Source: a virus | Lineage: Duplodnaviria; Caudoviricetes | DNA length: 49,862 bases | Strand: one strand, 5' to 3' | Virus record (IMG/VR): IMGVR_UViG_3300049982_000334 | Location: 1 to 49,862 of that record | In this document: in pieces, positions 36,304 to 44,697 of the stretch | Layout: each line of letters begins with the position of its first letter | Position numbering within the stretch: the stretch's first letter is position 1 | Position numbers and translations under genes: made by a program | The notes under the pieces: generated by a model | What the model was told of the DNA's origin: nothing | Databases searched by the model: none | Seen by the model: only the letters and a program-made list of their open reading frames with translations

Positions 36304-36710
36304 GCTGCACCCGACAGGTGGACCTTGCCGTCGTCGCCCAGGTAGGGCGTGAGGGGCGGGAAGTACGCGTCTTCGCCAGCCTGCCTCCGTTGCCAGAAGC
36401 GGCCGCCCTCGTAGCCGTTTGGCGTATCCAAGGACCCTGCTGTTTTCGCCTCACAGTCCCGCAGGATCAGCGCGAGGGTTTCGGGGGCGAGGTCGGAGAA
36501 GCCCCGGAACTTGGCCAGCGGGTCGAGGCTACCATCGAAAGCGCTCGCGAATAGCGCCTCGACATAGCCCTGAGTGAAGGGGGCGAGGTCGGACCACAGA
36601 TGGTTGCGGATCACGCTGCCCGGCGAGCGAGGCAACATGACGCTTCCGGTCGTATCCAAGGCAAAATTAGCTGCGCTCTCGGGCGCCGCCGTCTCCTGTT
36701 TGTTTCCCAT
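36300..36710 (-). CDS. Hypothetical protein, paralogue of 28420-28791; first gene of the accessory operon
   Basis: GAGGGG RBS; shared motifs with the paralogue. Confidence 0.8.
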   Translation of the reverse strand: MGNKQETAAPESAANFALDTTGSVMLPRSPGSVIRNHLWSDLAPFTQGYVEALFASAFDGSLDPLAKFRGFSDLAPETLALILRDCEAKTAGSLDTPNGYEGGRFWQRRQAGEDAYFPPLTPYLGDDGKVHLSGAA

Positions 36711-36740
36711 TTTCCCCTCGAACTCTCCGTTTCGTAGAGG

Positions 36741-36768
36741 ACCGTACCACCCGTTTGTCGCCTGTCAA
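36741..36768 (-). promoter_or_regulatory. Sigma70-type promoter TTGACA-N16-TACGGT for the accessory operon
   Basis: Perfect -35 at 36768-36763; overlapped by TTGTCG-N9-CAACAA. Confidence 0.6.
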
Positions 36769-36805
36769 TCAACAAACAGACGACGACTCTACAATTCGGC
36801 GCCCT

Positions 36806-38908
36806 CTACTTGCCGTAGCGACGACCCACGCTGGTTTTCGCAGCGACGGGTAGCCCTACGGCCCAGTCGGGAACGATCGAAAGCTCCGCGTTGTACTCCT
36901 CGGCGGTGACGCCGGCGCCCAGCTCACAGTCCAGCTCGTCATGGACCTTCAGGATCACGCCCCAGCCGCGCGCCTTGAAGCGCATCTTGGCGGCCATGAT
37001 GATTTCGCGCGCCGTGGCCTGGACGCCGTTCTGGAAGATCAGGCCGCCATAGGACTTGGTGCGCTCGTAGCGCCGCGTGACGCTGTTCAACGTCATGTAG
37101 GTCAGGCCGCGCTTCTTACTGCCCCAGGGCGTCTCGATGTCGGCCAGCTTCGGGTCGACGAAGGAAAGGAGTTTGCCATTTGGCAAACGACACCAAAGGA
37201 TTCCGCCGGCGCAGGCGTACGAGAGCCGCCCGACGGTGTAGCGCTTGCCGGGGTTCTGCACCGCGGCGATGGCGGCTTCTTCGCAGTCGGCCCACATCTG
37301 CACGATTTTAGGGTGCCGGGCCCGCCAGGCGTCGACCACGACGCGCAGGGCGGTCCACTGGTCGCAGGGCAGGGAGAAGCGGTTGTCCTCTTGGAATTTC
37401 GCTTCCGCCGCGTCCCACAGGTCCGCCGGAACGGACGCCCTAACGATGGGAGCCACCTGCTCGGGCGTCACCCCGTAGTTCGCGGCCATGGTGATGAACG
37501 CGCCGTGGCCGCCCTGGAACTGCAGCGAGAGCTCCACGACCTTGCCGACCTGGCGGCGGTCGTCATCGTCGTCGATGTCCTCGGGCGTGATGCCGAACAC
37601 GCCGGCCGCGGCCACCTTGTAGAGGTCGGGCCCGGTCTTGGCGTCGTAGGCGGCGAAGGCGTCGAGCTTCCACTGCTCGCCGGCCAGCCACGCGGCCACA
37701 CGGCCCTCGATGTTGGCCAGGTCGCCCACGAACAGCAGCTTGCCTTCCTCTGCCCGGATCATCCCGCGCAGGCAGGAGGCGATGACCGACATGGCGGGCC
37801 CCCACAGCTCCAGCCAGGCCGGATCCCGAGAGGGCAGGGTGGCGAAGATCGCGTCGATGGCCTTCTGCTTGAACTGCGGCCGCGGCAGGTTCTGCGGCTG
37901 CACCAGCTCGCCGGCGTCGCGCCCCGTGCTGGCCCCGTGGTAGCGCATGGTGCCGCGGATCCGCCCGTCCTCGCAGACGCACGCCAGGATCGCCTTCAGC
38001 TTGGCCGTCGACGACTTCGCCGCTTCCTGCCGGATCTCCAGCACCCGGCGGACGTTGTGCGGCAGTTCCCGCGACAGCGCCTCGGCCAAGTGGGCCTTAT
38101 CGAGCGAATCGACGTCTACACCCTGCCCAGAAAGCCATTCGGTCATACGGGCGACCTGGGAGATCGTGGTCACCGCGTTGCGGGTGATGATCGCCACCTC
38201 GCGGTTCAGGGCCTCAGTGCATTTGCCGACGATGGCCAGCGCGTGGTGTACCGATTCAATGTCGATCGGCAGCCCGCGCTCGTTGACTCGGCAGTTCTCC
38301 AGCCAGATTTCGCGCTCGCCGGGCGACAGGGGCCGCATGCGCGCCGCGGCGCCGCGCTCGATCACGACGTCGTTCGCGCAGTATTTATAGAGCCGGTCGA
38401 ACTTCTCCGGCACGTCCTCGGGTTCCCACCAGCGGATGGCTTCGCCGGGCTTGGACCGCGGCCTGGACACCTGCATCATGATCCGCCGGCCGGTGTCGTC
38501 CTTCTCTTCCTCCATGCCCAGGGCTTTCACCACGTCGCCTAGGCGGCGCGGAAGCGCCATGCAGGCGGCCATGGCGGCGGTGCAGTGCCAGCGCTCCAAC
38601 GCGGGTACGGGCCACCCGTACTTGGGCCCCAGCACCTGCTCCCAGAGATTGTGCTCGAACATGGCGTTGAACGCCCAGATCGGGCCGTCGCTGTTCAGCA
38701 CGTAGTTCGCCAGATCGGCAGGCACGGGCTCGCCGCGGATCCACGTCCGGGGCTCCTCGTCGTCGAAGGCGTAGCAGGCCACCAGCACGTCGGTCGTGGG
38801 GTGACGGGCGTAAGCGGCCGCGCCGGCCTTGGGCAGATCGCAGGCGGATCTGGTCTCCAGGTCGATGCTCATCCTCGTATAGGCGACTGTGGGCGACACT
38901 TCGATCAT
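36806..38908 (-). CDS. Family A DNA polymerase (APSE-like) with 3'-5' exonuclease
   Basis: IDLETRS, AFNAMFE, YCANDV, HGASTGR..G..VQPQNLPR, motif A DLANIEGR, motif B RQVGKVVELSLQF, motif C VHDEL. Confidence 0.95.
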   Translation of the reverse strand: MIEVSPTVAYTRMSIDLETRSACDLPKAGAAAYARHPTTDVLVACYAFDDEEPRTWIRGEPVPADLANYVLNSDGPIWAFNAMFEHNLWEQVLGPKYGWPVPALERWHCTAAMAACMALPRRLGDVVKALGMEEEKDDTGRRIMMQVSRPRSKPGEAIRWWEPEDVPEKFDRLYKYCANDVVIERGAAARMRPLSPGEREIWLENCRVNERGLPIDIESVHHALAIVGKCTEALNREVAIITRNAVTTISQVARMTEWLSGQGVDVDSLDKAHLAEALSRELPHNVRRVLEIRQEAAKSSTAKLKAILACVCEDGRIRGTMRYHGASTGRDAGELVQPQNLPRPQFKQKAIDAIFATLPSRDPAWLELWGPAMSVIASCLRGMIRAEEGKLLFVGDLANIEGRVAAWLAGEQWKLDAFAAYDAKTGPDLYKVAAAGVFGITPEDIDDDDDRRQVGKVVELSLQFQGGHGAFITMAANYGVTPEQVAPIVRASVPADLWDAAEAKFQEDNRFSLPCDQWTALRVVVDAWRARHPKIVQMWADCEEAAIAAVQNPGKRYTVGRLSYACAGGILWCRLPNGKLLSFVDPKLADIETPWGSKKRGLTYMTLNSVTRRYERTKSYGGLIFQNGVQATAREIIMAAKMRFKARGWGVILKVHDELDCELGAGVTAEEYNAELSIVPDWAVGLPVAAKTSVGRRYGK

Positions 38909-39720
38909 GCGGAAACCTTCGTTCGGGCATTGGGGACGATGAATGGCGTCGTGCCCTCGCTGAGCGCGTGGACTCGTGCGGCAAAGAGCAGGGCTTCGGC
39001 CGGGCTGTTGGCGTCCCGCCCCTGCTTGCGTGCGGCGAAGGACCAGGCCATGCTATCAGCGCTGTAAAGCAGCTCTCGGATTTCCTTCACCTGCAGCGCG
39101 GTGATCTTGACGCCGAAGCCATGCAGCAGGATGTCCGGTCGCTCAGCCTTGATCGCCCGCAGGATCTCCAGGACTTTCTCGGGCGACCCCTGGCGCTTAC
39201 AGACGCTGCCGACCCCGACCCACATGCCCAGCGTGATCCGGTCGCCGTAGTCGCGCAGGTGCTGGACGTAGTCCTCGGGTGTCCACCCCTGCAGCACCGG
39301 CATGAGCGGGACAACTTCGGGGGTGAAGCCCGCGAAATGGGCGAGATCGGCCAGCGGCGCGAACTCCGCCAGAATGGCATCGTAGCGCTCAATCGTCAGG
39401 AGCTGATGGTCCGGCACGGTCAGGCCTGTGCGTTCTAGGATCATCGCCTCGCACATGAAGTCCTGGCTGACGACGATACGAAGTCCGGGGACGGTTAGCC
39501 ACCTAGCGGCCGCGTGCGCGTACTCCGCCGGCGTGTGGCGATAGTGGCCGTGGTTGGAAATCTCCGTGAAGGCGCCGCTGTCGAGCATCCAGCCTTCGGC
39601 CGGCGGCTCGAAGTCCCCAACCCGCCTGCGCAGCGCATTGATGCTGACGCAGGCGAAGAGAAGGTGCTTGCACGAGGAGGGGTGATGCATCCCCGTGAAG
39701 AAGAATAGGTCGTCAGCCAA
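38905..39720 (-). CDS. tRNA-guanine transglycosylase-fold (DpdA-like) protein, putative DNA deazaguanine transglycosylase
   Basis: LDSGAF, SQDFMCE, PVLQG, VGVGS, LHGFG, SADSMAW: TGT-family catalytic motifs; no CxCxxC zinc site. Confidence 0.8.
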   Translation of the reverse strand: MADDLFFFTGMHHPSSCKHLLFACVSINALRRRVGDFEPPAEGWMLDSGAFTEISNHGHYRHTPAEYAHAAARWLTVPGLRIVVSQDFMCEAMILERTGLTVPDHQLLTIERYDAILAEFAPLADLAHFAGFTPEVVPLMPVLQGWTPEDYVQHLRDYGDRITLGMWVGVGSVCKRQGSPEKVLEILRAIKAERPDILLHGFGVKITALQVKEIRELLYSADSMAWSFAARKQGRDANSPAEALLFAARVHALSEGTTPFIVPNARTKVSA

Positions 39721-40102
39721 CGGCGAGTTCGTTCGCCCGGAGGACCGCGTCTTCGTAGGAATGGACGATGGCGTGGCTGTGGTACCGCAGCCAGGGGGAA
39801 ATGCTCATGCCTGAAGGGCACACCACGACGACAGGTTTCCCGATCATCCAGGCGTAGATCACCTCCATAGCCGTGCCCCAGGAGGGCTTGTCGCAGCTGA
39901 CCAAGACGGCGTCCGCACGGGTGACGTCGATCTTGTCGAGTTCGACGATCTCTCGGACGCTTTCGGCTTCGCGACCGCGGTAGTCACGGCGCATGGGGTC
40001 TAGGCAGTCGCCGGGCCACAGGGCCTTGACCGCAGTCCGCCAGTCGTTCGCTTCGGCGTCGGTGCAGCCGTTGATAGGGCCGCAGAGGTAAAGGGTCTTC
40101 AA
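39713..40102 (-). CDS. Nucleoside 2-deoxyribosyltransferase / dNMP glycosidase family protein (129 aa)
   Basis: TTG start (TTGA overlap); LYLCGP, DWR, LDP, D..DV..ADAVL, SWGTAMEVIYA...GKPVVV. Confidence 0.88.
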   Translation of the reverse strand: MKTLYLCGPINGCTDAEANDWRTAVKALWPGDCLDPMRRDYRGREAESVREIVELDKIDVTRADAVLVSCDKPSWGTAMEVIYAWMIGKPVVVVCPSGMSISPWLRYHSHAIVHSYEDAVLRANELAVG

Positions 40103-40422
40103 GGGGTAATCTCCAGGGTTGCGCCCAGCCCTTCGGAATCTCGCCAGGCTTCGATCTTGGTGGGCTCGAGGTGTTTCAGCTGCCCGGCGAGCCAGAGGAC
40201 GATCCCTTCGTTTGTGGCGTCCATGCCGAGGGTGTCGGCCAGTCCTTGGCTGACGAGGCGGCTCAAAGCGGTCTGTAGCCCGGCCCGAATTTGTCGGCCG
40301 TCGACACGGTCCTTCGGTGCGTAGTGAAGTCGGACGCGCCAGCGATGGGCGTGCATGCGCTGCGCGAAGGGGGCGTCGTGCCACCCCGTGAAGGTGCACT
40401 CGGCATGGCTAGTCAGTTTCAT
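40099..40422 (-). CDS. QueD/PTPS-like T-fold protein lacking the catalytic Cys (107 aa)
   Basis: FTGWH...MHAHRWRVRL and ATNEGIVLWL align with the QueD motifs F.AAH...HGH.Y.V and PTAENIA; the Cx3HGH Cys is absent. Confidence 0.65.
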   Translation of the reverse strand: MKLTSHAECTFTGWHDAPFAQRMHAHRWRVRLHYAPKDRVDGRQIRAGLQTALSRLVSQGLADTLGMDATNEGIVLWLAGQLKHLEPTKIEAWRDSEGLGATLEITP

Positions 40423-40598
40423 GCTTTCCCCTCTTTCAAATTGAGCAGCGCCCACTCGAGACGTTCGCGGACGAATTCCGATCGGGTCTGGCCCAGCGCC
40501 TCGGCCGCGGCGTCGATGTCGGCCATCGTCTCCGGGTCGAGGGAGACGCAGAGCTGTTTCATCCGCTGGCAGGCGCGGGGCGGCGTGCGCCCGCTCAC
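40419..40598 (-). CDS. CopG/ribbon-helix-helix DNA-binding protein
   Basis: LCVSLDPETMADIDAAAEALGQTRSEFVRE. Confidence 0.8.
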   Translation of the reverse strand: MSGRTPPRACQRMKQLCVSLDPETMADIDAAAEALGQTRSEFVRERLEWALLNLKEGKA

Positions 40599-40858
40599 GC
40601 CGCCATTCCCAGCCACGTCGGCCCGAAGGCGGCCCAGCGCTGGCGCTCGGTCATGAAGTAGATGACCCGCCAGCCGTCGGGGCTGTGGCGGCTGATTTCG
40701 CCCTTCGCCACCAGCCGGCGGACGGTATGGCGGACGACCACGCCCTCAAGCCCCGTGATCTGGGCGATGCGGGCGGCCGTGGCGGTGATGTGCGTCTCGA
40801 ACAGGTCCAGGACCGCCCGCTCGTTGTAGCCGCGGATGCAGCGGTGATAGCGGATCAT
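40595..40858 (-). CDS. Winged-helix DNA-binding protein (87 aa)
   Basis: TAARIAQITGLEGVVVRHTVRRLVAKGEI. Confidence 0.7.
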   Translation of the reverse strand: MIRYHRCIRGYNERAVLDLFETHITATAARIAQITGLEGVVVRHTVRRLVAKGEISRHSPDGWRVIYFMTERQRWAAFGPTWLGMAA

Positions 40859-41115
40859 GCCGTCAGGGCCCGGGCCACGACCGGATCGAAGGCCGCCAGC
40901 CGCAGCGCCGCCCGGGAAGGCGCGGGAGGCGCTGGGGCCGGGCAGCGGGGGCGCCATGTCTGGCTCTTGAACGTCTTTCCCAGCCGCCGCGCCTTGCCGA
41001 TCGCGGCGTTGCGGCTGACCTTCAGGAGTTTCGCCGCCTGGCCGCCGCTGCGCTCCTGGGCGATCAACTGCTCGAGCAGGGCGACCTTTTCCGTGGTCCA
41101 GGTTTCAGCGGGCAT
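40855..41115 (-). CDS. GcrA-like protein, N-terminal HTH DNA-binding domain only
   Basis: WTTEKVALLEQL...SGGQAAKLL.VSRNAAIGKARRLG resembles GcrA WTDERV..L...SASQIA..L.VTRNAVIGKVHRLG; no C-terminal Cys/His domain. Confidence 0.8.
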   Translation of the reverse strand: MPAETWTTEKVALLEQLIAQERSGGQAAKLLKVSRNAAIGKARRLGKTFKSQTWRPRCPAPAPPAPSRAALRLAAFDPVVARALTA

Positions 41116-41788
41116 CGAACGCCGCCCACTGCTTGATGAGCGCTTCGCCGGCCTTGGTCAGGCCGTAGAAGTTGGTGGGCTGGCCGCCGCTGGGGGTTTT
41201 GCGCGAGTCAGCGACCCGCACGTAGCCGTTCTTGCGCAGGTAGTGGATGCGCGAGTGCGTTTTGTGCCCATCGCTCTCCATCAGCACCGCGATCTGGTGG
41301 ATGGTCTTCGGTTTGTCCTGCATCGCGCGCAGGACGCGCAGGCCGACGGACATCTCCCGTGGGCGGCGCGGCGGCGCGGGCTCGTCGGGCACGCGCTCGA
41401 TCTGGTCGAGGCTCAGGCCCAGCAGCGCGGCGCACTCCTCGACACCCAGCGGCGTCAGACGGTAGCCCCGGCCCCAGCTGGTCTCGATCCGATCCGCGCC
41501 GATCTTCTTGCGCATCTTGCAGATGAACACGTCGACGATCTTGATTTCGGGTTCGTCGGCGCTCCCGGAGTAGAGCGCGTCCATCGTGCTCTCCTTCGTC
41601 GCCAGCCCGCCCTTCTTCTGGAAGAGGTGCGACAGGACTTTCGCCTCCGTGCCGGTCAGGCCCCAGCGGGCGGCGAAGGCGGTCTCCGCCGACCTGTCGC
41701 GCACCAGGCCGAGCTCGCGCCGCAGATGGGCGACCTCTTCCTGCAGGCGCTCGTTCTCGTTGCGCACGGATTGCTCTGTCAGCAGCAT
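41105..41788 (-). CDS. CtrA-like OmpR DNA-binding domain without receiver, fused to a second wHTH
   Basis: LTGTE...LY...DEPEIKIVDVFICKMRKKI...IETSWGRGYRL closely matches CtrA DEPELKIIDVFICKLRKKL...IETVWGRGY; C-terminal TIHQIA...YLRKNGYV...YGLTKAG wHTH. Confidence 0.85.
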   Translation of the reverse strand: MLLTEQSVRNENERLQEEVAHLRRELGLVRDRSAETAFAARWGLTGTEAKVLSHLFQKKGGLATKESTMDALYSGSADEPEIKIVDVFICKMRKKIGADRIETSWGRGYRLTPLGVEECAALLGLSLDQIERVPDEPAPPRRPREMSVGLRVLRAMQDKPKTIHQIAVLMESDGHKTHSRIHYLRKNGYVRVADSRKTPSGGQPTNFYGLTKAGEALIKQWAAFDAR

Positions 41789-41789
41789 C

Positions 41790-42215
41790 TCAGGCGTCCT
41801 TGGAGGGGGTGATGGTCACGGTGACGCCCGGGGTCGCGCCGTAGACCTTCACGGCGTGGATGTGCGTCACCAGCTTGTCGTCGGTGAAGGCGACCCGGTT
41901 GCAGCCGTCCAGGACGGCCTTCAGGACGTTGTCCAGATCGGGCAGCTTCGTGGGTTCGATCTCTCCGGCCAGCATCGCTGCCCGCTTCGTCGCGTTGGCG
42001 CCGGCCGGGATGGAGAACTCCGCCCGCATGTAGACCGAGACCGGGCCTCCGAAGGGTGCGGCTCCGTCGAGCGCGCGCGCAGCCGCCAGGCTGACCAGGT
42101 TCTCGTACGAGGCGGTCTTGTCGTCGGTGTAGGTGCGGACGTGGCCGCCGGCGCTGGAGAAGCGCGGCCGTCCCTTACCGCGAGGGTCGCCGGGCACGCG
42201 GAACTCGAGCGTCAT
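41790..42215 (-). CDS. rusA: RusA-family Holliday junction resolvase
   Basis: PGDPRGKGRPRF, PDLDNVLKAVLDGCN..AFTDD. Confidence 0.92.
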   Translation of the reverse strand: MTLEFRVPGDPRGKGRPRFSSAGGHVRTYTDDKTASYENLVSLAAARALDGAAPFGGPVSVYMRAEFSIPAGANATKRAAMLAGEIEPTKLPDLDNVLKAVLDGCNRVAFTDDKLVTHIHAVKVYGATPGVTVTITPSKDA

Positions 42216-42385
42216 ATCGCCACCGGCCGCTCGGCCAGGTGCTCAAGCATGCGCCGCTGGGTTTCCGGGGGCAGGGTGCCCTCGCGCTTGAACTGGATCT
42301 CCCAGGACAGGAGATCGTGCTCGGTGATGGTGCGTGCCGGGTCGTGGGGTTGGCCGAGCAGGTGCCCGAAGGTCTTGTGGCTCAT
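42212..42385 (-). CDS. Hypothetical protein (57 aa, MSHKTFGHLL...)
   Basis: GGAGAG upstream; ATGA overlap with rusA. Confidence 0.6.
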   Translation of the reverse strand: MSHKTFGHLLGQPHDPARTITEHDLLSWEIQFKREGTLPPETQRRMLEHLAERPVAI

Positions 42386-42403
42386 GGCTCTCTCCAGAGA
42401 GGG

Positions 42404-42442
42404 TGTCGCCCGTAGCCGTGCAGAACACGACTACGGGCGACA
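42404..42442. terminator. Strong hairpin after the SSB gene (terminator or RNA processing site)
   Basis: TGTCGCCCGTAGCCGTG-CAGAA-CACGACTACGGGCGACA, 17-bp stem with one mismatch; no clear U tail. Confidence 0.5.
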
Positions 42443-42444
42443 GT

Positions 42445-43053
42445 TTAGTCAGCAAACATCGCGTCGACGTCCGCGCCGGCCGCGTCTCCGACGGGGGCGA
42501 AGTCGTCATCGGCCCGGGCGCCGCCACCTCCCAGCGGGTCGCCGCTGCGGGTCTTCTGGACGTTGTTCATCCAGAACGAGACGCCGGCGTTGCCCTTCAC
42601 GCTGTAAGCGAACGGGTGGACCGTCACCCGGCCGTAGTCGCCGCCGGTGATGTCGCCGGTCTCCAGCTTCACCAGCTTGCCGGTCGCGGGGTCGACGGTG
42701 GCGCCGACGACGCCGGGCTGGTTCTTCGATTTCACCGACAGCATGACGTAGCCGGGGAAATCCTCCTCCGGGTAGTAGGAGGAGCCGTCCTTGGTGCGCT
42801 GCTTGGCGCTGGCCTTACGGAAGGGGCTGCGGGCGCCTTCGGGGGCGCCGGAAGGGAACTTCTCCTTCATCGCAGCTTTGGCCGCGGCGACCAGGCCGGC
42901 GTACTCCGGGGTCTTCTGCTGCTCGGGGGAGATCAGCAGATCGCACTCGTAGAAGGAGTCGCCTTTGTCGTTGGCCAGGCCCTTCTCGAAGAACTTTGGG
43001 AATTGGCCGAAGCGGACTTCGGGGGTCCGCAGGGATTGGGGTTGGTCGGTCAT
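42445..43053 (-). CDS. Single-stranded DNA-binding protein (DUF2815 / T7 gp2.5-like)
   Basis: YECDLLI, SPFR, YSVKGNAGVSFWMNNVQKTRSGDPLGG, acidic C-terminus with Phe. Confidence 0.85.
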   Translation of the reverse strand: MTDQPQSLRTPEVRFGQFPKFFEKGLANDKGDSFYECDLLISPEQQKTPEYAGLVAAAKAAMKEKFPSGAPEGARSPFRKASAKQRTKDGSSYYPEEDFPGYVMLSVKSKNQPGVVGATVDPATGKLVKLETGDITGGDYGRVTVHPFAYSVKGNAGVSFWMNNVQKTRSGDPLGGGGARADDDFAPVGDAAGADVDAMFAD

Positions 43054-43065
43054 GGTGTCCTTGTC

Positions 43066-43308
43066 TTAGTTCGAGGGTTGGTTGTCGTCGGGGAGCGGGG
43101 CGTACCAGCGCGTGCGGTGCGAAACCGCGCTGTCGAAGGCCACCAGGCAGCCGGACAGGAAGTCCGCGAGGATGAAGTCGGGGGTGTCGGACCCGCCTTC
43201 CATGCTGTTGCTGTTGATCAGCGTCTCCAGGCCCTCGCGGAAGGCGCTGCGCTGGCGGGCGTCTTGGCCGTCGGGAACTCCGGCCTCAGTGGGTGTGAGT
43301 TCAGGCAT
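43066..43308 (-). CDS. Conserved phage hypothetical (80 aa)
   Basis: LETLINSNSMEGGSDTPDFILADFL..CL. Confidence 0.7.
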   Translation of the reverse strand: MPELTPTEAGVPDGQDARQRSAFREGLETLINSNSMEGGSDTPDFILADFLSGCLVAFDSAVSHRTRWYAPLPDDNQPSN

Positions 43309-43317
43309 CGTGCTCTC

Positions 43318-44520
43318 CTATGCGGGACCGAAGTCATCTTGGGCCGACCGTTTAGGTGCAGCCTCCGCCCGCCGATCCGTTTCGCGGGCTAGTGTCACGC
43401 CGCTGCTTTCGGCCACGACGAGCGCCTTCAGGGCGTCGCGTTCGTGCTTAGGCAGCAGCTTCTCGATCTGCGCAGGCGAGCGCAGCTTCTCCTCGACGAT
43501 CTGGTCGGGGGAGAGTTCGAACTGGAAGGCCAGGCGGCCCTTGACGATGTCCGGTTCGCCGGCCCATTTGCGCACCGCGCGCTTGGGAACCAGCTTCCAG
43601 CCGGGGATTTTCGCCCCGCCCTGGGCCCGGGTGAACATCTCAGACCGAATGGCCCGGATGCCGTCCTCGATCAGGTCCATCTTGTCGGCCAGCCGCGCCA
43701 GATCCTCGCCCGTCAGATCCGGGGCGATGACGTCGACGAACTCCTCCTGGGCCTGGGTGATGGCGACATCGCGCAGGGCAGGGCAGATGCCGGCCGCCGG
43801 ACAGAACTTGCAGTGCTCCCCGGCGAACAGCGGCGCGTTGGGGTCTTCCGTCGCCTGGGCCGCCGAACGCAGATCGGCCTCGAAGTCCATCAGGCTGACC
43901 GGGTCGGTGACCCAGCGCCGGACGGGGCCGTCACGGTGCGGCGCGCGGGGCTGGACGATAACCAGCTCCACCTGCGCGATGGCGATGCCCTTCAGCGAGG
44001 GCACATTGATCATGCCCAGGCCGTAGTAGGCCAGCTGCGGATTGTTCTCGACCTCCACCGCGTGGCCCTTGCCGTGCTTGTAGTCGATCACGCGCAGGGT
44101 CTTGGTCTTGGCGTTGTAGATGCCGGCGTCGCCAGTCCCGAACATGCCCTTCCAGACGTGGTTCAGGTCGAACCGATGTTCGATCAGCAGGATGTCGCCG
44201 TCCGCCCTGCAGTAGTCGGCCTTGATGACGTCGACGTAGACCTGGACGGCCTCCGCCATCTCCTCGTCGACCTCGAACTTGTGGTTGCCGACGACGATCT
44301 CGTCGCCGATGAACAGCGCGGGTTCCTTGAAGTCGGCGCGCAGGCTCATTTCGCAGAGCTCGTGGGCCGCGGTGCCCTCGGCCATGAACACTGATGTCGG
44401 GTTCTCGATGCCCGCCGTCAGTCGGATGGAGCCGGGGCAGGCCATCCAGCGGTGGGCGACCGAGGCCCCGAGCGCGCTATGCGCCCGGGTTTCGTGTGCG
44501 ATGTCGGGTGCGTCGCCCAT
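43318..44520 (-). CDS. DUF2800 Cas4-like PD-(D/E)XK exonuclease
   Basis: HSALGAS..HRWMACPGS, EGTAAH, FGTGD, IDYKHGKG, QLAYY, HCKFCPA..IC. Confidence 0.9.
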   Translation of the reverse strand: MGDAPDIAHETRAHSALGASVAHRWMACPGSIRLTAGIENPTSVFMAEGTAAHELCEMSLRADFKEPALFIGDEIVVGNHKFEVDEEMAEAVQVYVDVIKADYCRADGDILLIEHRFDLNHVWKGMFGTGDAGIYNAKTKTLRVIDYKHGKGHAVEVENNPQLAYYGLGMINVPSLKGIAIAQVELVIVQPRAPHRDGPVRRWVTDPVSLMDFEADLRSAAQATEDPNAPLFAGEHCKFCPAAGICPALRDVAITQAQEEFVDVIAPDLTGEDLARLADKMDLIEDGIRAIRSEMFTRAQGGAKIPGWKLVPKRAVRKWAGEPDIVKGRLAFQFELSPDQIVEEKLRSPAQIEKLLPKHERDALKALVVAESSGVTLARETDRRAEAAPKRSAQDDFGPA

Positions 44521-44697
44521 CTAGGCGACTCCAGCCAACACTACGGCCACGACGATGCAGAAGTAGCCCAGCGCCCCGAACCTCGCGTCGGCGGGGTCTC
44601 GCGGTTCAAGGGCCAGCAGGTAGCCCCACATGCCGCTGCAGAAGAACCCGGCGAGGCTGAATACCGCGGCCAGCGCGTACAGGAGGAAGGTGCTCAT
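44521..44697 (-). CDS. 58-aa two-TM membrane protein
   Basis: MSTFLLYALAAVFSLAGFFCSGMWGYLL...ALGYFCIVVAVVLAGVA; TGATG-coupled; not in the ORF track. Confidence 0.65.
   Translation of the reverse strand: MSTFLLYALAAVFSLAGFFCSGMWGYLLALEPRDPADARFGALGYFCIVVAVVLAGVA

Noticed and set aside
43318-44520. Cas4-like nuclease as evidence for CRISPR-Cas
   Set aside because: Standard DUF2800 phage exonuclease next to SSB; no array or other cas genes.
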